A stretch of 64,000 nucleotides of DNA from an uncultured delta proteobacterium (GTDB lineage Bacteria; Myxococcota_A; Polyangia; Polyangiales; Polyangiaceae). Made by a program: the position numbers and the translations under genes. The notes under the pieces were generated by a model. It saw only the letters and a program-made list of their open reading frames with translations, searched no databases and was not told the DNA's origin. Where the stretch lies: the NCBI GenBank assembly GCA_963850305.1, contig CAWKKR010000001.1, forward strand, positions 224,001 to 288,000, in the 5' to 3' direction. This document shows positions 29,389-38,138 of the stretch, piece by piece; the first letter of the stretch is position 1; every line of letters begins with the position of its first letter.

Positions 29389-30876
29389 ATGACGGATACA
29401 TCGATCGAAAAGCTTCGACCCGGCGTGAGCGGGATCAGTCTGTACGTGCCCCCACTCCGCGTTCCACTGGAGGACTGGTGCGGCTGGACGCAGAACTCCT
29501 GGCAGAAAGTCCAGACGATCGTCGGCCAGAGTTTCCGCTGCCCCGCCCCGGACGAGAACGTCTACACCCTCGCGGCAACGGCCGTTCTCCGCCTGATCCG
29601 GCAATACGACGTGAACCCGGCGAAGGTCGGCTATCTCGCGCTCGGGACCGAGACCAGCACGGATAACTCCGCCGGCGCGGTGATCGTGCGCGGGATGGTC
29701 GATCGCGCGCTCGACGAGCTGGGACTCCCGCGGCTCTCGCGGTCCTGCGAGGTGCCGGAGATGAAGCACGCCTGCCTAGGTGGCGTGTACGCCGTGAAGG
29801 CCGCCGCGCGCTATCTGGCGCTCGACGGCGCGGACAGGGTGGCGATCGTGGTCTGCTCCGATATCGCGGAGTACGAGCGCGGGAGCAGCGGCGAACAAAC
29901 GCAAGGCGCCGGGGCCACCGCGCTCTTGATGGAACCCCACCCGAGACTGTTCGAGCTCGATCTCGCACGTTCCGGCAGCGCTTCCGACTACCGAGGTCCG
30001 GATTTTCGCAAACCACACGCCAGACACTTTGCAGAGGGGTACGGCGCCAAGACGTCGCGGCCTCACGATTTTCCGGTGTTCAGCGGGAAGTACTCCACGT
30101 TCTCCTATCTGGAAGAAACGGTTCGCGCGTTCGAGGACATGTCGGCCCGCCTCGGAGTCTCGTCGTTCGACGCCCTGCGGGGAGTGGAAGCGCTCTTCTT
30201 CCACCGCCCCTATCACCACATGCCGGTTCAGGCCGCCGCGTACCTTTACCTTCGAGCCGTGCTGGAGGCATCGCCGGAGGGTGCGCTCGTCTCGGCGCTC
30301 TGCCAGGAGATGGGCGTCACCCGGCAAGCGCTCGAACAAGAGGCGAAGTCACGCCCGGACCTCTTCGGTCGGGTGCTCGAGGGTCGCGCGGATCAAGATC
30401 CGTTCCCTGCGACCACCCAGGTCGTCGGGGCACTTCGGAAGACCGATGAATTCAAGGCCTTCGTCGCGAGCAAGATGGCGCTTGGCTCGCGGGGCGCGGC
30501 GGAACTCGGAAACTTGTATACTGCCGCTCTCCCGGCGTGGATGGCCGCGGGGTTCGAGGAAGCTCTTCGGAGAAAACTGGAGCTCTCCGAGAAAACCGTG
30601 CTCGCGATCGGCTACGGCAGCGGGGACGCCGCGGAGGCGATACCGGCGCGTGTCGCGCCCGGCTGGGCCGAGGCGACCCGACGCATCGGCTTCGGTGTCG
30701 CGCTCGAAAATGCGATCGATCTGGATCGCTCGCAGTACGAAGCGCTCCACGATTCGCGCACGGTAAGCGGGATCCCGGAGCTCCCGGGCGGAAGATTCCG
30801 GATCGCCAGGATCGGACGGACTTACGACCCTTCGTTTCAGGATCTGGGCATAGAGTACTACGAATACGTGAACTGA
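29389..30876 (+). CDS. Hydroxymethylglutaryl-CoA synthase family protein
   Basis: GTET (catalytic Glu), KHACLGG (Cys), DIAEY...GEQTQGAGA, FHRPY (His), GNLYTA, GYGSG. Confidence 0.88.
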   Translation: MTDTSIEKLRPGVSGISLYVPPLRVPLEDWCGWTQNSWQKVQTIVGQSFRCPAPDENVYTLAATAVLRLIRQYDVNPAKVGYLALGTETSTDNSAGAVIVRGMVDRALDELGLPRLSRSCEVPEMKHACLGGVYAVKAAARYLALDGADRVAIVVCSDIAEYERGSSGEQTQGAGATALLMEPHPRLFELDLARSGSASDYRGPDFRKPHARHFAEGYGAKTSRPHDFPVFSGKYSTFSYLEETVRAFEDMSARLGVSSFDALRGVEALFFHRPYHHMPVQAAAYLYLRAVLEASPEGALVSALCQEMGVTRQALEQEAKSRPDLFGRVLEGRADQDPFPATTQVVGALRKTDEFKAFVASKMALGSRGAAELGNLYTAALPAWMAAGFEEALRRKLELSEKTVLAIGYGSGDAAEAIPARVAPGWAEATRRIGFGVALENAIDLDRSQYEALHDSRTVSGIPELPGGRFRIARIGRTYDPSFQDLGIEYYEYVN

Positions 30877-30906
30877 GCGCGCCGCCCTCGCGACCGTTCG
30901 CGAGTC

Positions 30907-32975
30907 TCAAAACTCGCACTGCTCGGTCGCGACGTTGCACGACGAGCCGGGTGCCGTGAAGGGACAGATGGCTCCGACGAAGGCGTCGCACGGTAGTCCG
31001 CAGGCTGCGCTCGTGTGATCGTAACAGATCTGACCGCTGGCGCAGTCGGCGCTCGTCGCGCAGCGACAGCTGAAGTCGTCGATGATGCCGTTCCCATTGT
31101 CGTCCTTGCCGTCGCAGCACTCGGTCCCGTACGCGTCGCTCGCCGAGCAGTCCAGGTCGGCACAGTCGACCTGCCCGTCACAGTCGTCGTCCACGCCATT
31201 CGTACACGCGGCGACGCCGAACTCCGGGACCGCGGGCTTACCGCCGTTACACGTCTTGCATCGCGCAACCGACGCACAATCGGGATCCGCGCAATCCACG
31301 TAGTGATCGCCGTCGTCGTCCTTGCCGTTGTTGCAGATCTCGGTCGGATTGGCCTTCAACTTCACGTGAAGGACGTAAGCTCCCTGGTCTGGGCCGAGGT
31401 TCGGGTCGACCGTGAAGCCGTCCACGAACACGAAATAGTTCCCCGCGGGGAGCGCGGTGAACGAGAGAGCGGAAGACTCGTCGGAGCCACCACTGTCGTC
31501 GTCACACCCGACCTCCCTGCCCGCGCCGCAGGAACCGGCCCGCACGTAGAGCGTCGTGTCGAAACTCGATCCGATCGTGTCGAGCGCGACGTTCGCGACG
31601 TTCGAGAGCGAGAGCTCGTAGACGGCCTCGCCCGCGGCCCCGCCACAGGTGCCGGTGGTCTGCCCGACGTAGCCCGTCGTGTTGCCGGTGTAGGTACCGC
31701 TCGTGGTGATCCTCTGGGGGAAATGCAGCTCGCGTGCTTTGCGACGCAGAATGGATTTTCGGCGCAATCCGAGTCCGCGCAATCGATCTTGCCGTCGTGA
31801 TCGTCATCGATGCCGTTGTTGCAAATCTCCGCCGCGGGAGCGCAGTTCGGAGAGAACCTGCAGCTATCGTCCGCACAGTCGATCGCGCCGTCGCAATCGT
31901 CGTCGATGCCGTTGTCGCAGATTTCGACGGTGCACTTCTCGCACGCGGGGGCCACGCTGCAGTCCGAATCCGCGCAGTCGACGAGCCCGTCGCAATCGTC
32001 GTCGACCCCGTTGGTGCAGTTCTCCGGCCTGCCGGGCGGCGTGCACGCGCAAGCTCCCGAGGAAACGCACTCGGGATCGGCGCAATCGACGAGCCCGTCG
32101 CAGTCGTCATCGACTCCGTTCCTGCAGTTCTCCGGCGTTGCGCGACACGCGCACGCGGTCGTCGCGGCACAATCGGAGTCAGCGCAGTCCGTCTTGCCGT
32201 CACAATCGTCGTCGATGCCGTTCCCGCAGAACCCGACCTCGTTCACGCGACAGCCGCAAGCGACCGTGCCGATGCACGCGGGGTCGTTGCAATCCACGGC
32301 CCCGTTGCAGTCGTCGTCCTTTCCGTTCGTGCAGTCTTCTCCGGACGACGACGGCGTGCAGCCGCAGTGCGGCACCGCAGCGCACGCGGGATCGTTGCAG
32401 TCGGCAACGCCGTTACAATCGTCGTCGACCCCGTCCGTGCACCGTTCGGGTTCACCGGGGTGCACGGACGGATCCAGGTCGTCGCAGTCCGTGCCGCCGC
32501 ATGCGATGTCGACATAACCGTCTCCGTCGGTGTCCTTTGCCGTCGTGGAGCAAAGTCCCTCCGCGCACACGGGCGTTTCGCACGAACTTGGGGCGGGACA
32601 CGTGAGGGCCGTCGCGCAGCTCGTGGGCTGTCCACCCGCACCGACGAAACCTCCCGCGGCCGGCTCGCCCCCGGACCCTGCGGCGGCACCGGATCCCGGC
32701 TGTCCCCCGAAAGCAACGCCGCCCGCGCCGGTTCCAGCGCCCCCGCCGGACCCAAATCCGCCGCGACCCAACCCTCCAGTCGACGACGCGCCCGATCCTG
32801 CGGAGCCACCCGCATTCTCACCGCCGTCGGAGGTCCCGCCCCGGGCGCCCGAGCCCGCACCGACGGCCCCTGCACCGAGCGGGCCGCCGAAATCCAGACC
32901 ATCGACGCCCGAGCGACTGCACGCGACGAGAGAAGTCCACACAATCAGCCAGCAGGCCAATCCGCGGCCCTTCAT
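30907..32975 (-). CDS. Cys/Asp-rich repeat lipoprotein with PPC-like beta-sandwich (one base missing in G5 at 31716-31720)
   Basis: Lipobox LVAC, Gly linker, about 9-10 G-x-DDDC-x-G-x-x-DC-x-D-x-x-C repeats, FDTTLYVR...CDDD...YFVFVDG domain. Confidence 0.8.
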
Positions 32976-32979
32976 GCGC

Positions 32980-34129
32980 TCACCCCGGGGTCGCACAGCT
33001 CGTGACGACGTCGAGAGTGGCTCCGAGCGGCGCCGTTCGAGCCCGCCGGCAAGTGCTCGGGCAGAGTCTCGCGACGGCACCTGCATCCGCTGCCTCGATG
33101 TACCATTCTCCGGGCGCTTCCTCGGGATCGAGCCCGCCGTCGGGTTGCGGACAATCCGAGGCACTGGGCACCCGATGGTAGGTCGTGGGGGAGCCGCCTG
33201 GAACCGTTAGAAGCAGCTCCGTGCCGTCGCCCGAGGTCGCGGCCACGTCGCAGGGGTAGGCCGTATCCGCGATTCTGGAGGAGAGAGACCGTCACGTCGC
33301 TCGAGCTGAGAGCCGGGTACGATTGGCCCGTTCCGCCGGCAGCCGCGATAGCGTCCATGTCGCCGTTGGGACCTCCCAGAGCGATGACGTAGGTAGAGAA
33401 CCCCATCGAGAGCGCCACCCGGGCGGCGGCGACGGCCCCATCGAGCGTCGTCTGACAGACCGTGGGCGAGTCGTTCGAGGGAACGCCCGCCGTCATCAAG
33501 ACGATCGCGCCATGATTCGCCGCTCCGCCGACCGCCCAGGTTCGCGCGCCGGAGGTCGCTCCTTCCAGGGCGACGTCCAGCGGGGCGTCAGCGCCGAGAC
33601 CCTCGAGACCGATTTGCAAACCGTACGCCGACCCGTGATTCGCCAGGGAGGCGAGCAGGGCGGTGGTATTCGCGGGCACGGACAAGGGCTCGATGGGGAC
33701 GTCGGCGATTGCGTACCGGGTTGCGTCACACGCGGGATTCGGAGTCGGTGCCGGAAACACGAACGGGTAGGTCAACGGGAAATATTGCATCCCGACGTCG
33801 AGCCACTGGGCCACGCTCGAATCGCCGATGAAGGCAGCGAGACCCGAAGAAACCGCGCCCCATTGAGCTTGAGCGCCCGGGGACTGGTCGAGCATCAGAT
33901 AAAGCCCGAGCGATGGGAGTGGGTGCAGAGTGACCACGGTGCAGGCTGCATCGTGCTCCGAAGCGTCGATGGACGCGTCGGCGTGCCCGCCGTCGCTCCC
34001 GCCTGACGAACCCAGCGGGTGGGGGGAGCCAGCGACCAGGTAAACGTCCCGGGTCGTACAGGAAGCGAGGGCCGAAAGGGCAAGCGGCGCCAGAATCGCG
34101 CTCGCTCGCGCTAATTGGCGGATAACCAC
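32980..34129 (-). CDS. VWA-like lipoprotein with degenerate MIDAS (one extra base at about 33273)
   Basis: Lipobox LASC, LYLMLDQS, VGMQYFP, IAAAGGT; the C-terminal WY...RLCPSTC lies in the second frame. Confidence 0.7.
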
Positions 34130-35403
34130 CGCTGCGCCGCGGAGGCCTGCGGAGACGACGGCCATCGCCGGATGAGCTCTCCGGCGAGATCGCGCGCGCG
34201 CTCGGTGTCTCCCGTCTCGCGATACGTCCGCACGTCGATCCACAGAGCTTCCGGAGCGAGCGTACCCTGTCCGAACCGGACTTGCCGCTGGTTTGTCGCA
34301 TCACGCGCCGCGACGGCGTGCCCGAGCGAAAGCTCCATTCGAGCCAGAGCGACCCAGGCAGCTTCGGCCGTCACTCCCGCACCGTCCCCGGCGCGACGAT
34401 ACAGCTCGCGAGCCTTCGCGAAATCGCCAGCACGACGAGCTTGCTCCGCCATCGTCAGCGGATCGGCGGACGCAGATGGTGGCGCCGCAGCTACACGCGG
34501 CTCCGGGGGCGCGGGCGCAACGTCCTCTGCGAGGTTCACGGCGATCGCGCTCGGCTCCGGTGTCGCCACGCTCCCGGAACGTGCTCCGGAAGCGGTCTCC
34601 GCGACGTGGCCCGAAGCCGCACCATTTCGCGACGGTGGAGGGGGCGCTTCTCCCGATTCGAACGGCTTGAGCGAGTCCAGTCCCACGATCTCCGGTGCGC
34701 CGACTGCCGCGCGGATCGCTCGTCCGCGCTCCGCAGTCAAAATACTCCGCGCGACGCCCGCGTCGGAAACCGAGACACGCTGACCCGTCGACACCTCTTG
34801 CGTGCCGGCCCGATCCGTCACGCCGACGTGTCCCTCTGCAACTTCGACGGTGAATGTCGTTCCATCCTGCGTCACCGCGAAGATGGTCCCGTGCACTGTC
34901 ACCTCGCCGCCCGGAGCGCGCACGACGAGCTCCCCCCCACCCAGATCTTTCGCGTGAACGGCAACCGTCCCTGAATCCAGGGCAACGACGGTCCGGCAAG
35001 GCTCGGCATCCAGCAGCTTCACGGCGGTCCCGCCCGTTGCCTGCGCCACGGCCGTGACTCCCAGGTCCAGCCACGGGCCGTTCTGGTTCTCGGAGAATCC
35101 GACGCCGGACACGACCGGCCGCGATGCACAAGCCCGCGCAGCGGTCCGCGCCGCCACCGGAGTCGTCGAGGGTACCGCTCTCTCATGACCGCGGGGCGCA
35201 ACGAACAGCATCAGAGCTGCGGCAACCGCCAGCACCGGACCCGCGGAGAGGATCGCAACCCGAACGCGGCGCGCTCGACGAACGAGTCCGGGACCCTCCG
35301 CCGCTACCCGTTCGAAGATCCTTTCGCGAGCCACCGCCGAGAGAGTCTCAGTGTCCGCCTCGGCAACCTCGTGCACGAAACTGCGAAAGCGCTCATCGAG
35401 CAT
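34111..35403 (-). CDS. FecR-domain anti-sigma factor with C-terminal TPR
   Basis: One TM segment, VTVHGTIFAV...VEVAEGHV, Pro/Ala linker, TPR-like end; directly downstream of the ECF sigma gene. Confidence 0.8.
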   Translation of the reverse strand: MLDERFRSFVHEVAEADTETLSAVARERIFERVAAEGPGLVRRARRVRVAILSAGPVLAVAAALMLFVAPRGHERAVPSTTPVAARTAARACASRPVVSGVGFSENQNGPWLDLGVTAVAQATGGTAVKLLDAEPCRTVVALDSGTVAVHAKDLGGGELVVRAPGGEVTVHGTIFAVTQDGTTFTVEVAEGHVGVTDRAGTQEVSTGQRVSVSDAGVARSILTAERGRAIRAAVGAPEIVGLDSLKPFESGEAPPPPSRNGAASGHVAETASGARSGSVATPEPSAIAVNLAEDVAPAPPEPRVAAAPPSASADPLTMAEQARRAGDFAKARELYRRAGDGAGVTAEAAWVALARMELSLGHAVAARDATNQRQVRFGQGTLAPEALWIDVRTYRETGDTERARDLAGELIRRWPSSPQASAAQRWLSAN

Positions 35404-36097
35404 CGGAGGCCTCCACGAGGTCGGCGAGATACGGGTCGCGAGCCGCGAGCACCTTCAGCTCCTTCTGCGCGTAGTGAATTCGCGAGCGGGTCGCGGGCAC
35501 CGACGCGCCGACCATCGCCGCGATGGTCTCGACGTCCTTTCCCTCGACGGCCCAGAGCACGAACGCGATCCGCTTGTCGGCCGTGAGCTGGCGAAGAGCA
35601 GCGTCCAGCCGCCGGAGTTGCTCCACGGCCACGGCATTGTCATCCGTTCGGTGCGGACCCGCGGGCGCCTCCTCGGGCATGGGGGCGCGGAAGCGTGCCC
35701 AAGCGGTGGGACGCATGGCTCGCCGCGCGACGCGGACGGTGATGCCGCCGACGAACGTCGAAACCGTGCTCTCGCCGCGGAAACCCGGGAGCGCCTTGCA
35801 CATCTCGACGAAGACGTTCTGGACCAGGTCTTCGATATCCGCACGTGGACCGAGCAAGCGCCGCAGAAGCCGCTCCACGCGCGGAAGCTCGCGGCGCGCA
35901 ATGATCTCGAGCTCCCGGGGGTCCCCGGAACGGGCACGCGCGAGAGCGGCGTCCGCCACGCGGGCCGGGGCCGCAGCCGCTGTATCGACGAGGAGTGCGC
36001 CGGTCTGGTCCACGTTTCCCTGAGTCGCCCGAGCCGACCGAAGCGATGAACGAAGCGGAGGCTCTTCGTCCGTGACTCCGGGTAAAGGTTCGTTCAT
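35393..36097 (-). CDS. ECF RNA polymerase sigma-70 factor
   Basis: EDLVQNVF, FRGESTVSTF, region 4 with IAAMVG...ATRSRIHYA; exact start uncertain. Confidence 0.92.
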   Translation of the reverse strand: MNEPLPGVTDEEPPLRSSLRSARATQGNVDQTGALLVDTAAAAPARVADAALARARSGDPRELEIIARRELPRVERLLRRLLGPRADIEDLVQNVFVEMCKALPGFRGESTVSTFVGGITVRVARRAMRPTAWARFRAPMPEEAPAGPHRTDDNAVAVEQLRRLDAALRQLTADKRIAFVLWAVEGKDVETIAAMVGASVPATRSRIHYAQKELKVLAARDPYLADLVEASDAR

Positions 36098-36136
36098 ATC
36101 CGACCGAATTCGGGAGATTTTCTCGGACCGGAGCAC

Positions 36137-37228
36137 TCAGAGGGAAAACTCCCAGATCAGGGAAGCCTGCCCGCGAAACTCGAGGTTACCCTCTTCCAGC
36201 GCCACGAGGGTCACCTTCGAGCCCGCTGGCGACGCGTAAAATCGGGTTGCTACCGGAAACCACGCGCCCCCGGCGCCGAGCCCGATACCCAGGCCCGCGC
36301 CGAGTGAAAAGCGTAGCTCACCACCGAGCCCGAGCCAAACGGCCGTCCTGAGATCGCTGGAAATGGTCGTCGACCCGGCGCCAGCGGCCCGGAGATCGAT
36401 GAAAGCGAGACCGATATCGCACCAACCGACGATGGAGCTCGGGGCCCGGCCGCTTCCGAGACTGAGCCGGAGCGCCGTCTCGGTTCGCTGGTAACCAATG
36501 GCGCCTCGCTGCTCCGTCCCGTCGGGCAGGAGAAGGAGCTGGTCCCGGTGCATCGTCCCGAGTCCGCGCGCATGGAGACCTACCCCGAACCACATGGAGC
36601 GGGGGCTCCGCGAGACTTCGAGGTCCGCACCGAGCGTGGGCTGTAGAAGAGCAATGTCACCGTTGGCGCTCAGGCTCTCCACCAGCCCGACGTCGAGCGC
36701 CAGCCCGCGAGCGGACCAGCTCGAGCTCGGCGCCGGAAGAGCCGCGGCTCGCGCCGGCGGCGCGTTGCGAATGATTTCGAGTAGCTCGCGAGCCGCCAGC
36801 GCGACCACGTAGGGCGCCTTCGCGGCAATCGGCGCCAGCGCGCGCGAGCCCATCGTACCGTCGCTCGGTCGCACGACGCTGACGACCGCACGCTCCGTGT
36901 CCAGGACGACGACGAGATCTTCCTTCCACGACGCACGCGCCTCGGCGACGAGGGCGTCGAGGTTTCGCGCGTTCGCGCTGGTCCGCCTCACGACGGGGAC
37001 ATCCAGCTCCGTCGATAAATCCCGGGCCGCTCGTTCCGACGCCGGCGACGCCGTGACCAGCGCGACGGTCTCGGCCCAGGCGACAGGTGAACAGAGCAGT
37101 ACCGCGATGGCACAGAGCGCGGCGAGCGAACGAGGCGCGCCCCGGCTCGACCGGACCCCTTTCAGCCCCCGCGCGGAACGAAGTCCGGCGGAAGCTCCGA
37201 GCCTTCGCCAAAGAAGTATTTCTGACAT
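36137..37228 (-). CDS. Secreted protein with C-terminal beta-barrel-like region
   Basis: Signal-like AVLLCSPVAWA, alternating beta-strand pattern, aromatic C-terminus (WEFSL). It is fused to yggX in the ORF track only through the frameshift; start uncertain. Confidence 0.55.
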   Translation of the reverse strand: MSEILLWRRLGASAGLRSARGLKGVRSSRGAPRSLAALCAIAVLLCSPVAWAETVALVTASPASERAARDLSTELDVPVVRRTSANARNLDALVAEARASWKEDLVVVLDTERAVVSVVRPSDGTMGSRALAPIAAKAPYVVALAARELLEIIRNAPPARAAALPAPSSSWSARGLALDVGLVESLSANGDIALLQPTLGADLEVSRSPRSMWFGVGLHARGLGTMHRDQLLLLPDGTEQRGAIGYQRTETALRLSLGSGRAPSSIVGWCDIGLAFIDLRAAGAGSTTISSDLRTAVWLGLGGELRFSLGAGLGIGLGAGGAWFPVATRFYASPAGSKVTLVALEEGNLEFRGQASLIWEFSL

Positions 37229-37435
37229 TCGGCCATCCAGAATCTTCTGACCCTGGCCACTCGTGAGGTCGAGACGGTACTCGTTGACGAGCATCTTCGA
37301 GTGCTCGATCCACGTCCTCCACGCCTCCTTGGAGACGTTCTGGAACAACTTCTCGCCCATCTCGCCCTTGAACGGAGGCTTATCCAGACCCTCCATCTCG
37401 CGGCCCAGCTTCACACAGTGAACCATGCGCGGCAT
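37162..37435 (-). CDS. yggX: Oxidative damage protection / Fe(II) trafficking protein (one extra base at about 37241)
   Basis: MPRMVHCVKL..EGLDKPPF.GE.G..LF.NVSKEAW..W; the corrected frame ends KYFFGEG...PPDFVP. Confidence 0.88.
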
Positions 37436-37582
37436 TCTGCGCGCGCTCATACCCCTGACGACCGCCGCCGGCTACCGGGAAACCCCGACGGCTACTCGCG
37501 ATCCTGGGCCCCGTCCATCCTCCCAGGCCCTGTCCCGCCGAAAGACTTTGGTGGGTCAGAGGGTTTTTTATAGATTGCTCCC

Positions 37583-38137
37583 GTGAAGCGCCCTTCCCTG
37601 ATCGCCTTTCCCACTGCCGCCCTCGCCGTCGGGCTTCTCTGGGCGGGTCCGGCCGCGGCACAATCCATCATCAAGCACCCGGGCGACCACCCGAGTTACA
37701 GCTTCGAAGCCGAGCCGCACCTTGCGCTCGATCCCGGGGGCGGGACCGGTTTCGGGCCTGGATTTCGAGGGACCGTGGTGCTCCTGCAGAACGGGTTCGT
37801 CTCCTCCATCAACAACTCCATCGGGCTCGGGTTCGGCGGAGACCTCCTCTTTTACGGGAGCCATTGCCACGACGGCTGCGGCACGCACACCGACCTGATG
37901 CTGCCGCTGGTGATGCAGTGGAATTTTTGGTTGCACCCGGACTGGTCGGTGTTCGGCGAGCCGGGCGTCGCGTTTCACCTGCGCGGTGGTCACTCGGATC
38001 ACTTCGAATTCGACGAGGTCACGCTGTTCGTGGGCGGGCGATACCACTTCAACGATTCGCTGGCCCTGACGCTTCGGCTCGGCGCGCCGCTCATCGACAA
38101 CAACGTATTTTCCATCGGGCTGAGCCTCTTGCTCTGA
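37583..38137 (+). CDS. Small outer-membrane beta-barrel protein
   Basis: Signal peptide AAA-Q, amphipathic strands, GGRYHF. Confidence 0.65.
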   Translation: MKRPSLIAFPTAALAVGLLWAGPAAAQSIIKHPGDHPSYSFEAEPHLALDPGGGTGFGPGFRGTVVLLQNGFVSSINNSIGLGFGGDLLFYGSHCHDGCGTHTDLMLPLVMQWNFWLHPDWSVFGEPGVAFHLRGGHSDHFEFDEVTLFVGGRYHFNDSLALTLRLGAPLIDNNVFSIGLSLLL

Positions 38138-38138
38138 G

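Noticed and set aside
29389..30876. Polyketide beta-branching HCS cassette
   Set aside because: No ACP, KS, ECH or PKS genes are nearby
36137..37450. Apparent YggX-barrel fusion protein
   Set aside because: It is produced by a one-base insertion at about 37241; the corrected yggX ends at 37162 with a typical C-terminus
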